In this document: positions 1 to 11,160 of the stretch, one piece after another
How positions within the stretch are numbered: the first letter of the stretch is position 1
Layout of the letters: every line of letters starts with the position of its first letter
The notes under the pieces: generated by a model
Database searches by the model: none
Told to the model about the DNA's origin: nothing
The model's input: the letters and a program-made list of their open reading frames with translations, nothing else
NCBI GenBank assembly: GCA_039029275.1
Contig: JBCCGL010000007.1
Coordinates: 213,428 to 277,427 of the forward strand
DNA length: 64,000 nt
Reading direction: 5' to 3'
Source: Pseudomonadota bacterium
Lineage (GTDB): Bacteria > Pseudomonadota > Gammaproteobacteria > JBCCGL01
Translations under genes and position numbers: made by a program

Positions 1-1236
1 TGTGATGTAGTTAGCAAAATTTATCGATTGATTTATTGTTGCGATCTCGCTTGACTGCTGTCCCTGTGTCAGGCCTTCGCAGTCGGCAAATGTTGCGTTG
101 GAATCACCAGGCACCAGTTGATCCGAGTCGTTTCGAACCAAACAAAACTCGCCGAAGTGTACGTTCAGCGTCACTTCGACGAAGGCGCCGCTGGCGGTGA
201 GTTCGTCAATCAATGAACGCAATTTGAGTAGTTGTGCATCGTCGAGTGGGACTTCTGTGTAGTCGAATGTACTGGAGAGATTTAACGCCCATTCAATCGC
301 TGACAACCACGCGCTAACATCTGAAATCGTTTCAAACTGTCCCGTGCTTTCGCTAAGCTGCCGCTGCAAATCGTCGTTTTCGCGCTGCAACTGACTTAAC
401 AGTATCGAGTCACTGCTTGCCGCCTGATGGACTCTCGGGGGCGATTGAAATGCACTCACCAACACCCAGGTCAGGACAATCGCCGCGCAAACAGTAATCA
501 TCCAAATGAACGTTGAACTGTGACTGCCTCTTTCCCGCTCGTTTTGATTTTCGACCACATCTTTAAGATAAGAAAAGCTGGCCTCCAGAGCTTGTAGTCG
601 ATGGCTTAGCGACTTCAGGACTGTTCGATTGGCGGAGAGAACGTCCTGGCGCAGGTTAAGCCGCTGCTCCTCGAGCAAAGCGTCGAACTGATCCGCTCGA
701 AAATTGCTGCTTGCAGACGTATGGACCAGATCGGATGTCTCGCGCGCGAGGCGCTGAATTGTGCTGTCCGACAGATTAATTTTGACAGTGCGCGAAGATG
801 TGGTTTGTGGTTTCCTGGATTGCGATGGTTCGGGTTGTCGCGGAGTTTTTGCTGAATCGGGTGATTCGATCAGACTCAGGCGGGACAGGACGTTTTTAAG
901 TTGTGTTGGGCGGATGTCTTTGCCCAGTACGTCGACTGCACCCAGCGCACGCGCCTGCCCGACGTACACTTCTCCATCTTGCGAGGTATACATCACAATC
1001 GGAATCATAGCGGTGCTGGGATCTCGTTTGATTTGTTCGATCGCCTGGAGGCCGTCCATACCCGGCATGGTGTGATCCATGAAAATCACATCGGGAACGT
1101 GGCGGGATAAATAATCGAGCGCTTCTTCGGCCGAGCTCGCAGATTGCACGTCCAACGCGTGCTTCTCAAGCATTTTACTGAGAACAACACGGGCCGACTT
1201 CGAATCGTCTACAACCAGTGCTTGTTTGGCTGTCAT
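1..1236 (-). CDS. Response regulator: N-terminal CheY-like receiver domain, then one predicted TM helix and an uncharacterised C-terminal region. 3' partial, ORF runs off the window start
   Basis: Manual reverse-strand translation from ATG 1236..1234 gives MTAKQALVVDDSKSARVVLSKML...DHTMPGMDGLQAIEQIK (receiver motifs). No stop down to nt 1. Plus-strand ORFs 761..1110 are antisense artefacts. Confidence 0.75.
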   Translation of the reverse strand, partial: MTAKQALVVDDSKSARVVLSKMLEKHALDVQSASSAEEALDYLSRHVPDVIFMDHTMPGMDGLQAIEQIKRDPSTAMIPIVMYTSQDGEVYVGQARALGAVDVLGKDIRPTQLKNVLSRLSLIESPDSAKTPRQPEPSQSRKPQTTSSRTVKINLSDSTIQRLARETSDLVHTSASSNFRADQFDALLEEQRLNLRQDVLSANRTVLKSLSHRLQALEASFSYLKDVVENQNERERGSHSSTFIWMITVCAAIVLTWVLVSAFQSPPRVHQAASSDSILLSQLQRENDDLQRQLSESTGQFETISDVSAWLSAIEWALNLSSTFDYTEVPLDDAQLLKLRSLIDELTASGAFVEVTLNVHFGEFCLVRNDSDQLVPGDSNATFADCEGLTQGQQSSEIATINQSINFANYIT

Positions 1237-1331
1237 CACGTTCCGATGGTACCTCGTTACCCCACCCTGCGGGTTCAATTTACTGGATCAATCAGCCGCC
1301 GGTCTGCCGAATAAGGCAGCCGTGGCATCGC

Positions 1332-2234
1332 TTATAGAATAACCGTTACTTCAACCTGATTGCCACGTCCAATGTATTCAACGCTATCAAAACTCAGCTT
1401 ATTGGCCATGGCGATGCCCCTACCGTGGTTGTCATAAACCCGGTCGGTATTGAACTCCAGGTAATTCTCCCAATCAAAACCGGCGCCACAGTCGGAGATC
1501 TTGATTCGAATGGACTGTTTGTCCTTGTAGAAGTCCACCTCGACAAACTTATCCTTGTTTTCGATCTGTTCGAGTCTCCGGTTGACTTCATTTTGCCAGG
1601 TCCCCTTGGTGACCAGCTGTGTTTTGTCGTCATACATGATACCGAGGTTTCCGTGCTCGATGGCATTGATGAGCAGTTCTGACAGGCCTGACACCACGCG
1701 CTCGGGATCCGGAAAAGAATTAGCCAGAAAGCTGGACAAGTCCCGAGCTTCTTCAAGGCGCTGTAACGTGAAAAATCCCGAAGTCAGCATCGATACAACA
1801 TCGGCGCCCGAACGCACTTGATCCTGCAAGGCCTGAATTCTAGTGAAGTCGTCGATCGCTGCGGCAACAATCGACTTCAGAACCTCCTCGTCGAACGGTT
1901 TGGTCAGGTAGTAATACGCGCCACAGCGCAGGCCCTCGCTAATGTCCTGTTTGGAAGCAGCTGCTGTTTGCAAAATCACCGGAAGGTTGCGCAAATCGGC
2001 AGAATTTTTCATTCGAGTGAGCACTTGAATGCCATCCATCTCAGGCATCATTCTATCCAGCAGGACGGCACTGTATCGATTGGGTTCGAGCGCGAGAGCG
2101 TCCCATGCCTCTACCCCATTAGACGCAGTCACTAGCTCATACGGCATGTCTTCCAGATATTCGCTGATTATCTCAAGATTAAATTCTTCATCATCAACCA
2201 CGAGAAGTGTGATTTTCTGATCCATGTGATGCAT
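1332..2234 (-). CDS. Response regulator with receiver domain fused to a GHKL/HATPase_c (RsbW/SpoIIAB-like serine-kinase type) domain
   Basis: LLVVDDEEFN...LLDRMMPEMDGIQ receiver motifs. C-terminal ELLINAIEHGN (N-box) and ISDCGAGFD (G1 box). Confidence 0.75.
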   Translation of the reverse strand: MHHMDQKITLLVVDDEEFNLEIISEYLEDMPYELVTASNGVEAWDALALEPNRYSAVLLDRMMPEMDGIQVLTRMKNSADLRNLPVILQTAAASKQDISEGLRCGAYYYLTKPFDEEVLKSIVAAAIDDFTRIQALQDQVRSGADVVSMLTSGFFTLQRLEEARDLSSFLANSFPDPERVVSGLSELLINAIEHGNLGIMYDDKTQLVTKGTWQNEVNRRLEQIENKDKFVEVDFYKDKQSIRIKISDCGAGFDWENYLEFNTDRVYDNHGRGIAMANKLSFDSVEYIGRGNQVEVTVIL

Positions 2235-2503
2235 CTACCTTTTCATTGGTTACCCTAATAAGTAGTTCAAATTACGCGATTTTTCACTCAAAATTTGCTG
2301 GCAACGTGCAGGTGGCGAAGCTGCAGTTAGGGATGTGTCTGCAACATTTGTTGTAAACATGTATTGAGTGAATGCGTCGTATAAGCTCGTATTTCTGTAG
2401 TCATCGTCACAATGGTGTTGAACTTGAGCGGTATAATCCCTTATTTTGCAGTAGCTTAGCTTTATGCTGCGTTTTGTGTGGTTGGTCTCTCGGTTAGTTT
2501 GCT

Positions 2504-3796
2504 TTGAATCCTCCTGTTCTCAAATTTGTTGAAAACCCCCGGATTGCGGTTGTCGGACTCGGTTACGTGGGCTTGCCGTTAGCGATTGAGTTTGCGAAGC
2601 AATTTGAGACGATAGGATTTGATACAAATCCGCGCAGAATCGAGGCTTTACAAACGGGCGTCGACACGACAAACGAAGTGGATCGGGAAGACCTGCGAAG
2701 TGCGCAAAATATTGTTTTTGCCAGCAATCCAGAAGCCTTGTCGGGTTGCGATGCGTTCATTGTCACAGTACCCACCCCGATCGACAGGCACAAAAACCCC
2801 GATTTGACAGCCCTGCGCTCAGCGAGCGAACTGGTGGGTTCTTACCTGCAACCCAATTGCGTGGTTGTGTACGAATCAACGGTTTACCCCGGCGCCACCG
2901 AACAGGTCTGCGTGCCACTACTCGAACGCCATTCGGGTTTAACAATGAACGTGGACTTTGCGGTCGGATATAGCCCGGAACGCATTAATCCTGGGGATCC
3001 AGGCAGAAGAATAAGCCATATTCTCAAATTGACGTCTGGGTCCAGCGAACAGGCAGCGGACTATATTGACGATCTTTATGCATCGATCATTACCGCGGGC
3101 ACCTACAAGGTAAAATCGATTCAGACAGCTGAGGCGGCCAAGGTTATTGAAAACACCCAGCGTGATGTCAACATCGCATTGATCAATGAGTTGGCGTTGA
3201 TATTTGAGAAACTGGGTTTAGACACCCACGAAGTGCTACAAGCCGCCGAAACCAAGTGGAATTTTCTCAAATTCAAACCAGGGCTTGTCGGCGGACACTG
3301 CATCGGCGTCGATCCTTACTACCTAACCCACAAAGCGCAGGAAATTGGCTACCACCCCCGCGTGATTCTGGCGGGACGGGAAATCAATGACGCCATGGGT
3401 AAACACGTCGCGCATGAGGTTATAAAACGGATGACAAAGAAACGTATTCCGATTGCCGATTCGCGGGTCTTGGTGATGGGGTTTGCGTTCAAGGAAAACT
3501 GTCCCGATATTCGAAACACCCGCGTCATCGACATTGTCGATGAAATCAGCTCGTACGATGTGGCAGTCGATGTTTACGACCCTTGCGTAGACCCAGGAGA
3601 TGCGCAAATCGAATATGGGCTTAAGGTTATTGAGGAGTTGGCCGAGTCTGAGTATGACGCAATCGTCGTCGCTGTTGCGCATGATTCCTTTCGCTCAATG
3701 TCGGTCGAAGATGTCCTTCGCTATGGCAAATCGACGTGCGTACTGTACGACGTCAAAGGTCTGTACCCGAGAGAACAGGTAGACGGCCGACTTTAG
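2504..3796 (+). CDS. UDP-N-acetyl-D-glucosamine 6-dehydrogenase (TviB/WbpO-type nucleotide-sugar dehydrogenase)
   Basis: 430 aa. [14 protein letters not shown] Rossmann motif, [12 protein letters not shown] catalytic Cys motif. Overall strong resemblance to TviB/WbpO, compared from memory. Confidence 0.85.
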   Translation: MNPPVLKFVENPRIAVVGLGYVGLPLAIEFAKQFETIGFDTNPRRIEALQTGVDTTNEVDREDLRSAQNIVFASNPEALSGCDAFIVTVPTPIDRHKNPDLTALRSASELVGSYLQPNCVVVYESTVYPGATEQVCVPLLERHSGLTMNVDFAVGYSPERINPGDPGRRISHILKLTSGSSEQAADYIDDLYASIITAGTYKVKSIQTAEAAKVIENTQRDVNIALINELALIFEKLGLDTHEVLQAAETKWNFLKFKPGLVGGHCIGVDPYYLTHKAQEIGYHPRVILAGREINDAMGKHVAHEVIKRMTKKRIPIADSRVLVMGFAFKENCPDIRNTRVIDIVDEISSYDVAVDVYDPCVDPGDAQIEYGLKVIEELAESEYDAIVVAVAHDSFRSMSVEDVLRYGKSTCVLYDVKGLYPREQVDGRL

Positions 3797-3837
3797 ACGA
3801 TACTTATGATAATAATGAATTTGGAAAACACAGCTTT

Positions 3838-4845
3838 ATGAAAATTCTTGTAACAGGAACCGCCGGTTTCATTGGTGCTGCGCTGGCGATTCGATTACTC
3901 GAACGCGGTGATGACGTCATCGGTATAGACAACCTCAACGATTATTATGACGTTGCCATCAAACACGCGCGGCTTAAGCGCGTGAACGCGTTTGATCGAT
4001 TCACTGAAATCAATGCAAACCTTGAAGACCGAAACACAATCGAAAAAGTATTTGCGGAGCACAAACCTGAGCGGGTGATCAATCTGGCAGCGCAGGCGGG
4101 TGTGCGATATTCCCTGACTAATCCCTACGCGTATATCGATTCAAACATTTTGGGCTTTATGAATCTGCTCGAGTGCTGCCGCCACAATGAAGTTGAGCAT
4201 CTGGTTTACGCATCGAGTAGCTCGGTTTACGGCGCTAACACTTCCATGCCGTTTTCAGTTCACAATAATGTTGATCACCCGGTCAGCCTTTACGCCGCCA
4301 GTAAGAAATCCAACGAGTTGATGGCGCACACGTATAGTCATTTGTTCAACATTCCGACAACCGGCTTGCGTTTTTTTACCGTGTACGGCCCCTGGGGGCG
4401 TCCGGACATGGCTTTGTTCAAATTTACCAAGAACATTCTTGAGGACAAGCCTATCGATGTTTTCAACTATGGAAACCATCGGCGCGATTTTACCTACATC
4501 GATGACATCGTCGAAGGCGTCATTCGCACGCTTGATAGCGTTGCGAAACCCAATCCGGACTGGAATGGCGACTCGCCCGACGCCGCCACCAGCAAGGCAC
4601 CCTACCGACTCTATAACATCGGAAATAACTCACCGATTGAACTCATGCACTACATTGAAGTTCTGGAAAATTGCCTTGGCAAAAAAGCGGAAAAGAACCT
4701 TCTGCCCATGCAGGCCGGTGATGTACCTGATACCTACGCAAACGTAGAAGATCTGGTTGTCGATGTCGGCTACCGGCCGACAACCACAGTAGAAACCGGG
4801 ATCGCTCATTTCGTCGAGTGGTATCGTGACTTCTACAACTGTTAG
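3838..4845 (+). CDS. NAD-dependent nucleotide-sugar 4-epimerase (WbpP/TviC-like, UDP-GlcNAcA/UDP-GlcA 4-epimerase family)
   Basis: [13 protein letters not shown] Rossmann, [14 protein letters not shown] catalytic motif. Start placed at ATG 3838 rather than the overlong ORF start at 3736. Confidence 0.8.
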   Translation: MKILVTGTAGFIGAALAIRLLERGDDVIGIDNLNDYYDVAIKHARLKRVNAFDRFTEINANLEDRNTIEKVFAEHKPERVINLAAQAGVRYSLTNPYAYIDSNILGFMNLLECCRHNEVEHLVYASSSSVYGANTSMPFSVHNNVDHPVSLYAASKKSNELMAHTYSHLFNIPTTGLRFFTVYGPWGRPDMALFKFTKNILEDKPIDVFNYGNHRRDFTYIDDIVEGVIRTLDSVAKPNPDWNGDSPDAATSKAPYRLYNIGNNSPIELMHYIEVLENCLGKKAEKNLLPMQAGDVPDTYANVEDLVVDVGYRPTTTVETGIAHFVEWYRDFYNC

Positions 4846-4854
4846 GTAGAAAGT

Positions 4855-5310
4855 ATGTTGGAAGATGTATGGCGCCCCAACACAACGGTCGCGGCTGTAA
4901 TTGAGCGAGAGGGCCGTTTCCTTATGGTTGAGGAGATAAGTAACGGTAATCGCGTTATCAACCAGCCCGCCGGTCATCTTGAAGACGATGAGACTTTTCT
5001 GGAGGCGGTGCAACGTGAAGTGTTGGAGGAAACCGGTCACCCGTTTCACGCTGAGAGCTTGCTTGGCTGTTACCGATGGCGAAACGCTAACAACGGTTTG
5101 ACGTTCTTGCGACTCGCCTATATTGGTTATGTGGCGGACCCACTTCCGGATGCATCGATCGATGCAGATATTCTCGACGTCAAATGGATGAGCTACGACG
5201 AGATTCAATCCTTCGGCAGACTCCGCAGCCCACTCGTATTAAAATGCCTGGATGACTACCTCGCCGGCACTCGATATCCGCTCACTTTTGTTCAAGAAGT
5301 CCTGGGTTAG
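4855..5310 (+). CDS. NUDIX hydrolase
   Basis: 151 aa. Nudix box GHLEDDETFLEAVQREVLEETG. Confidence 0.75.
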   Translation: MLEDVWRPNTTVAAVIEREGRFLMVEEISNGNRVINQPAGHLEDDETFLEAVQREVLEETGHPFHAESLLGCYRWRNANNGLTFLRLAYIGYVADPLPDASIDADILDVKWMSYDEIQSFGRLRSPLVLKCLDDYLAGTRYPLTFVQEVLG

Positions 5311-5869
5311 GCTAGCGGCAAGCGCGTTTTCGCTTGCGATCGCGAGTTCGGTATCTGCAACCGAAAATCTATCAATCTGTACTAATTTCTCGTGCAAGGA
5401 GAAAGTGCTGGTTGAACTCGATCAATCACATTGGCAGAGGGTCCAGCGCCACTTTCTGCCCGCGCCGAAATCCCCGCTCAACGAACGCAATGCGATCGCG
5501 GCTGCAATCGCCGAGTTCGAGACAATTGCAGGCGAGATGAGTGTCATTGCGCTGGACAAGGGAGGCAATATCGACGGCATCGGACTGCCCGGGCAACTTG
5601 ACTGTATAGCAGAGTCAATCAATACGACTACGTTTTTGAACGCATTAGACGACAACGACCTGTTGAAGTGGCATACGGTTGGCGAGCATTCTTATCGGCG
5701 GCCAAGAATTTTCGACCAGCACTATGCGGCAACAATCACAATAATATCCGGTGCGCAATCGTGGGCCGTTGACAGCTGGCATCTGGACAACGGATTACAG
5801 CCCTATATTCAGCCGGTTGCCGACTGGTCGAGAAAAGTCACCCTCCCCTATAATCCGGATGCGGAATAG
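5252..5869 (+). CDS. Hypothetical secreted protein (Sec signal peptide KKSWVRLAASAFSLAIASSVSA|TE). Start uncertain: TTG at 5288 is plausible, and the ORF as called overlaps the NUDIX gene by 59 nt
   Basis: ORF with textbook n/h/c signal peptide. No recognisable domain. Confidence 0.45.
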   Translation: MTTSPALDIRSLLFKKSWVRLAASAFSLAIASSVSATENLSICTNFSCKEKVLVELDQSHWQRVQRHFLPAPKSPLNERNAIAAAIAEFETIAGEMSVIALDKGGNIDGIGLPGQLDCIAESINTTTFLNALDDNDLLKWHTVGEHSYRRPRIFDQHYAATITIISGAQSWAVDSWHLDNGLQPYIQPVADWSRKVTLPYNPDAE

Positions 5870-5896
5870 CAACGCGTTTAATTTTCATTCGCTGCC

Positions 5897-6985
5897 ATGT
5901 CTCTTGATCATACCCCCTCTGACACGCGCGTCATCGTCGGAATGTCTGGCGGCGTTGACTCGTCCGTCGCCGCGCTCCTGTTGCTCGAGCAAGGGTATCG
6001 GGTCGAAGGCATATTCATGCAAAACTGGGAAGAAGAAGATGAGGACTATTGCACCGCAATACAAGATTACAAAGACGCGCAGGGCGTGTGCCAGAAACTC
6101 GGAATCGAATTAAGCAGCGTTAATTTTTCAACCGAATATTGGGATCGGGTATTCAGTCACTTCCTCGCAGAGTATCAGGGGGGGCGCACACCCAACCCCG
6201 ACATTGTTTGCAATAAGGAAATTAAATTCCGCGCTTTTTTGGATCACGCCACTGCAGTCGGTGCCGACTACATTGCCACCGGTCATTACACGCGCCGACG
6301 CGACGCTGACACGACGCAACTTTTACGCGGCCTGGATCAGAACAAGGACCAGAGTTATTTTCTGTGCGCGCTGAATCAGGATCAGCTTAGCCGCGCGCTA
6401 TTCCCCGTTGGAGAGTTGACTAAAACCGAGGTGCGTGACATTGCGCGAGAAAATGGATTTCACAACCATGCGAAAAAGGACAGCACCGGAATTTGTTTTA
6501 TCGGAGAACGAAAATTCAGTGATTTTTTGTCGAACTATTTACCCGCGCAGGTAGGAGAAATCGTGACCGACTCAGGCGAGGTGATCGGCGAACATCAAGG
6601 ATTGATGTACTACACCCTGGGGCAAAGGCAGGGTATTGGAATTGGCGGACGAAAAGACGCCAGCACAAAACCATGGTACGTCGCCGGGAAATTACTGGAT
6701 CAAAAACAGCTGTTGGTTGTGCAAGGCCATGACCACCCGCTCTTGTTTAAGGATAAACTCTTTGCTGAAAACATAAGTTGGTGCAGCGGGTTCGCCCCGG
6801 GTGAACAATTTCTTTGTTCTGCAAAAGTTCGCTATCGACAAACCGATGAAACGTGCGAAGTCATCTTGCAAAGCGAGGCGACTGCGACGGTTCAGTTTGA
6901 CCGTCCAATAAGAGCGGTCACTCCAGGACAATCCGTAGTGTTTTATCACGATGAAGTTTGCCTTGGTGGTGGAATCATCCAATGA
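5897..6985 (+). CDS. mnmA: tRNA-specific 2-thiouridylase MnmA
   Basis: [12 protein letters not shown]-loop, 362 aa, conserved mnmA-hflD pairing. Confidence 0.95.
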   Translation: MSLDHTPSDTRVIVGMSGGVDSSVAALLLLEQGYRVEGIFMQNWEEEDEDYCTAIQDYKDAQGVCQKLGIELSSVNFSTEYWDRVFSHFLAEYQGGRTPNPDIVCNKEIKFRAFLDHATAVGADYIATGHYTRRRDADTTQLLRGLDQNKDQSYFLCALNQDQLSRALFPVGELTKTEVRDIARENGFHNHAKKDSTGICFIGERKFSDFLSNYLPAQVGEIVTDSGEVIGEHQGLMYYTLGQRQGIGIGGRKDASTKPWYVAGKLLDQKQLLVVQGHDHPLLFKDKLFAENISWCSGFAPGEQFLCSAKVRYRQTDETCEVILQSEATATVQFDRPIRAVTPGQSVVFYHDEVCLGGGIIQ

Positions 6986-7638
6986 CGCTGAACAACTACA
7001 GCCCGGTGCACGAACAGTGCATTGCGCTGGCGGCAACATTTCAGGCCGCACATCTTGTTAATCAGATCGCGCATTCTGGCTGGCAATTCTCAGCATCGCA
7101 TCAAGTCTTGATCGACTCCTTGTTTAAATTTGATGTCGATACCGCTATCGATATTTACGAAAACGTCACGAATCTAGAATGCGGTTTGAACGTCTTACGA
7201 GCACAGTTGGGCGGTACAGGTGACGCGCGCGATCCCATGGTTGCGCGCTATGTAGCGCAGCTGTTGGCACTGCAATCTAAAGTCCGTAAAGACCGGAATA
7301 TCCTCGGTTCATTGAAAGACAAACTTGAGTCCGTTGATCGCGATCGAAGTGCGTACGAGTTAGCTGAATCGACGATACTGGCAAAGCTCGCAGAAATTTA
7401 CTCTACGCATGTAAGCTCATTGCGACCAAGAGTGTTGATTCACGGTAACCAGCTGCATCTGGAGCCGGTCGAAAATGCAAATGCGGTGCGAGCTTTGCTG
7501 TTAGCGGGTGTGCGCGCCGCTGTGCTTTGGGCGCAGGTCAAAGGATCGCGTTGGAAAATATTGGCGGGACGCGGACGATACCTGAGTGCCGCGAATGAAC
7601 TTGTTGCTGCGGCTGCCCGTGCCGACCCAGACTGCTAA
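6981..7638 (+). CDS. hflD: High-frequency-lysogenisation protein HflD
   Basis: Immediately downstream of mnmA with ATGA stop/start overlap. About 219 aa, HflD-like sequence. Confidence 0.8.
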
Positions 7639-7650
7639 ACCGGAATCTGA

Positions 7651-9696
7651 TCAAGCAGTCAGGCTTAATTCTCGCAACTCGGCAATCTTGTCGCGTAGCG
7701 CAGCGGCTTGCTCAAACTCCAGATCCTGTGCGTGTTGGTACATTTCCTTTTCGAGTTTCTTGATGTCTTTTAAAAGCTGAGCAGGTGATTTCGCGGCATA
7801 TTCGGCTGATACATCAGCGACTTTTCGCTGCGCTGAACGCGCGGGTACACCGCTGCTGGCGGCAATGCCCTCCAAAATATCACCAACGGCTTTGGCTACG
7901 CTTTTGGGAGTGATCCCGTTGACTTGATTAAACTGCTCTTGCTTCTCGCGCCGTCGATTTGTTTCGTCCATTGCGCGTTGCATTGATCCAGTAACGTCGT
8001 CGGCGTACAAAATGGCTTTGCCGTTGAGATTCCGCGCCGCGCGCCCGATGGTTTGAATCAATGATCGCTCAGATCGCAGAAAACCTTCCTTGTCTGCATC
8101 CAGGATCGCGACGAGCGAGACTTCTGGCATATCCAGCCCCTCGCGCAAAAGGTTTATTCCAACCAGTACGTCAAACTCTCCCAAACGAAGATCGCGAATA
8201 ATTTCCACACGTTCGACCGTGTCGATGTCTGAATGAAGATAACGCACGCGCACGCCGTGCTCGGCCAGATAGTCGGTAAGGTCTTCGGCCATGCGCTTGG
8301 TCAGCGTAGTGATCAGCACGCGCTCGTTTTGCGCTGCGCGTAAATTGATTTCTGAGAGCACGTCATCGACTTGCGTTACAACCGGACGGACTTCAACCTG
8401 CGGATCAACCAGGCCGGTTGGTCGAACCACCTGCTCGACAACTTCCCCTGCGTGCGTTTCTTCGTAGGGGCCAGGGGTGGCCGAAACGAATATAGTCTGC
8501 GGGGAGAGTTGTTCAAATTCGTCAAACCGCAGCGGTCGATTGTCCAGGGCTGACGGCAATCTAAACCCGAACATCACCAGATTTTCCTTGCGCGAGCGGT
8601 CGCCTTTGTACATCGCGCCAAGCTGAGGAACCGTGACGTGGCTTTCGTCGATCACCAATATCGCGTCCTGCGGCAGGTAGTCGAACAAACAGGGAGGCGG
8701 TTCACCCGCATTACGACCGGAGAGATAGCGAGAGTAGTTTTCGATCCCCGAGCAGTAACCCAACTCAGCAATCATTTCAATGTCGTACTGAGTCCGCTCT
8801 CGCAGACGTTGCGCTTCGAGCAAACGATTGTCGTCGTAGAGCTGTTTTAAACGCTCATCCAGTTCCTCGCGGATGTGGTCTATCGCTTCCAAAAGGGTTT
8901 CACGAGGTGTAACGTAATGCGTTTTCGGGTACACAGTGAGTCTGGGTACCCTGCGCAATACTTCGCCCGTCAGCGGGTCAAAAAAGGACAGATTTTCGAC
9001 CTCGTCATCGAAAAGTTCTATTCGAACGGCTTCGTGATCCGAATCCGCTGGATGAATGTCGATGATCTCGCCGCGCACACGGTAGGTGCCGCGTGTCAAC
9101 TCGGTATCATTGCGCTTGTACTGCAATTCAGCCAGCCGACGCAGGATCTGACGCTGATCAATCTGATCCCCGCGGACTACGTGGAGCAACATTTTTAGAT
9201 ACGAGCGAGGGTCCCCTAACCCGTAAATCGACGAAACCGTCGCCACGATAATCGTATCGCGCCGCTCAAACAGCGACTTAGTGGCGGAAAGCCGCATTTG
9301 TTCGATGTGTTCGTTAACCGAAGCATCTTTTTCGATGTAGGTGTCGGAGGCTGCCACGTACGCTTCTGGCTGATAATAGTCGTAGTACGACACGAAATAC
9401 TCAACCGAGTTATTGGGGAAGAACGTTTTCATCTCCCCGTACAGCTGCGCAGCCAGTGTCTTGTTAGGGGCAAGAATGATCGCCGGTCGCTGCTGCCGCT
9501 CGATCACATGCGCAATCGTGAACGTTTTACCCGAGCCTGTGACACCCAGCAATGTCTGGTATGCCAACCCGGAATCGAGCCCATCGTTTAACTGGGTAAT
9601 CGCGGTCGGTTGATCACCAGCCGGCTTAAACTCGCTTGCGATGGCAAACGGTTTATGGCGTGTATCGTTGCCGGGATTGGGAGTTGCTGTAGACAA
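7651..9696 (-). CDS. uvrB: Excinuclease ABC subunit B
   Basis: 681 aa. [10 protein letters not shown] Walker A, helicase motifs, C-terminal UVR domain. Confidence 0.97.
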   Translation of the reverse strand: MSTATPNPGNDTRHKPFAIASEFKPAGDQPTAITQLNDGLDSGLAYQTLLGVTGSGKTFTIAHVIERQQRPAIILAPNKTLAAQLYGEMKTFFPNNSVEYFVSYYDYYQPEAYVAASDTYIEKDASVNEHIEQMRLSATKSLFERRDTIIVATVSSIYGLGDPRSYLKMLLHVVRGDQIDQRQILRRLAELQYKRNDTELTRGTYRVRGEIIDIHPADSDHEAVRIELFDDEVENLSFFDPLTGEVLRRVPRLTVYPKTHYVTPRETLLEAIDHIREELDERLKQLYDDNRLLEAQRLRERTQYDIEMIAELGYCSGIENYSRYLSGRNAGEPPPCLFDYLPQDAILVIDESHVTVPQLGAMYKGDRSRKENLVMFGFRLPSALDNRPLRFDEFEQLSPQTIFVSATPGPYEETHAGEVVEQVVRPTGLVDPQVEVRPVVTQVDDVLSEINLRAAQNERVLITTLTKRMAEDLTDYLAEHGVRVRYLHSDIDTVERVEIIRDLRLGEFDVLVGINLLREGLDMPEVSLVAILDADKEGFLRSERSLIQTIGRAARNLNGKAILYADDVTGSMQRAMDETNRRREKQEQFNQVNGITPKSVAKAVGDILEGIAASSGVPARSAQRKVADVSAEYAAKSPAQLLKDIKKLEKEMYQHAQDLEFEQAAALRDKIAELRELSLTA

Positions 9697-9808
9697 TTTT
9701 GGTAAGAAACGGCGGTGTGTCGGATGAATATCACTGAGAGCGCTAAGTTTAATGCATTGTCGCCAGATCGCGAATTCGGAAACTGGGTGAAATTGTGTGC
9801 AGTTGCGA

Positions 9809-9837
9809 TTGACCCTGCCGATATCAGCCAGTAATAT
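9809..9837 (+). promoter_or_regulatory. Sigma-70 promoter for tRNA-Asn: TTGACC, 17-nt spacer, TAATAT, followed by a GCGCGC discriminator
   Basis: Read directly. The -10 ends 14 nt before tRNA nucleotide 1. Confidence 0.55.
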
Positions 9838-9851
9838 GCGCGCTTCCCAAT

Positions 9852-9927
9852 TCCCCGGTAGCTCAGTCGGTAGAGCGGGTGACTGTTAATCACTAGGTCG
9901 GCGGTTCGAGCCCGTCCCGGGGAGCCA
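9852..9927 (+). tRNA. tRNA-Asn (anticodon GTT)
   Basis: Cloverleaf folded by hand. Acceptor TCCCCGG/CCGGGGA, anticodon loop CTGTTAA, T-arm GGTTCGAGCCC, encoded CCA. Confidence 0.9.
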
Positions 9928-10101
9928 TATTTTGAGCCAGAACAGGTTAACCCAATACCTCAAATCTTTTGCTGGCAAATCCTAACGACGCTGCCGCCTG
10001 GGCTCCTCAACGTGTGAACGACTACTCGTACAGTTCGACATTAATCAGTACGAATGGCTGCCTGCGTGCTCAAAATTAGATGACTGATTTAGAGCGTTTA
10101 T

Positions 10102-11028
10102 TTATCTGTCTGATTGATGGAGAAGCTTTATTTCATCCACAAATGTTCTCACTAAGTTACTTTGCTTCTTAGTCTTGTTTGTAATAAGAACAATCTGATT
10201 ACTAAAAAAATAGCGATCTGGATCGACCGCTTTCATAAAGCCCTGAGTCACCCAGGTCTCGGCGAAATGTTCAGGTAAATAGCCAACAAATTGCCCAGAC
10301 AAAATTAAGTGAGTTACACCTTCATCGTGAACTGTTGTTGCGGTGGTTTTGCAAGGAGGTTTGGCTCCATGAAACTCTAAGTCGCGTGTGTATCCGTGTC
10401 CGACCAGCTCCGCACTCTCGAGCAGTTTCGGGATTTGACCACTGTCACATTCAAACAAAGGATTTTCTGAGCCGCAGTACAGGTAGATATCTTCGGTATA
10501 TAGAAGTTCATAATGCAACCCTCTGAGAGGATACCTCCGAATGCCAATACCCACGCTGTACTCTCCGTTAAGCACCGATAGTTCAACATTCTCGGGAGAG
10601 CGAACATGAATATTAATCTGAAAATTCCCATCTTTGGATTTAATTCTGGATATCGCTTCCGATAAGCGAAATCTACGATCACTGATTAACATATCGATGG
10701 TTGAAATAGATAAGGTACCCGAAAGTCCAGATTTGGCGTCGGCCACGCTGGCGACAAATGACTCACATTGTTGAAAAAGTGCAATCGACGCCTCATAGAT
10801 GATCCTTCCTTGCTCGGTGATTTGAAATCCCGCGCGCCCGCGCCTGCAAAGCTGCATATTGAGTCGGCCCTCCAGATCGGCTAAATGGCTACTGATAGTC
10901 GAGCGGCCGATATTCAATCTTGTCTCAGCGGCTGACAGCCCCCCGCACTCGACGATTGCCACAAACACCCTCAAGAGACGCAAATCGACGTCCTGAACCT
11001 GCATTTCGATGGCTACTCCAGTTTCCAC
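10102..11028 (-). CDS. LysR-family transcriptional regulator
   Basis: N-terminal HTH LRLLRVFVAIVECGGLSAAETRLNIGRSTIS plus substrate-binding domain. Divergent from the IDO-like gene. Confidence 0.9.
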   Translation of the reverse strand: METGVAIEMQVQDVDLRLLRVFVAIVECGGLSAAETRLNIGRSTISSHLADLEGRLNMQLCRRGRAGFQITEQGRIIYEASIALFQQCESFVASVADAKSGLSGTLSISTIDMLISDRRFRLSEAISRIKSKDGNFQINIHVRSPENVELSVLNGEYSVGIGIRRYPLRGLHYELLYTEDIYLYCGSENPLFECDSGQIPKLLESAELVGHGYTRDLEFHGAKPPCKTTATTVHDEGVTHLILSGQFVGYLPEHFAETWVTQGFMKAVDPDRYFFSNQIVLITNKTKKQSNLVRTFVDEIKLLHQSDR

Positions 11029-11160
11029 CTATTGTTTGATCAAATCGGAACAAAGTCCAACTAATTTGTATTTTTCGGCAAAAAATTGAAGCGTAAGATT
11101 CCCCATCTAGAGTTGGCCCTTACGTATTACCGCTGAAAATCAGCATTAAAAATTCAACCA

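Noticed and set aside
761-1110. Plus-strand ORFs 761..1075 and 901..1110
   Set aside because: Antisense to a clearly coding minus-strand receiver-domain gene. No RBS, and the translations are junk-like
9697-9850. LexA/SOS box upstream of uvrB
   Set aside because: No CTGT-N8-ACAG-type palindrome found. Only a tRNA-Asn promoter on the opposite strand
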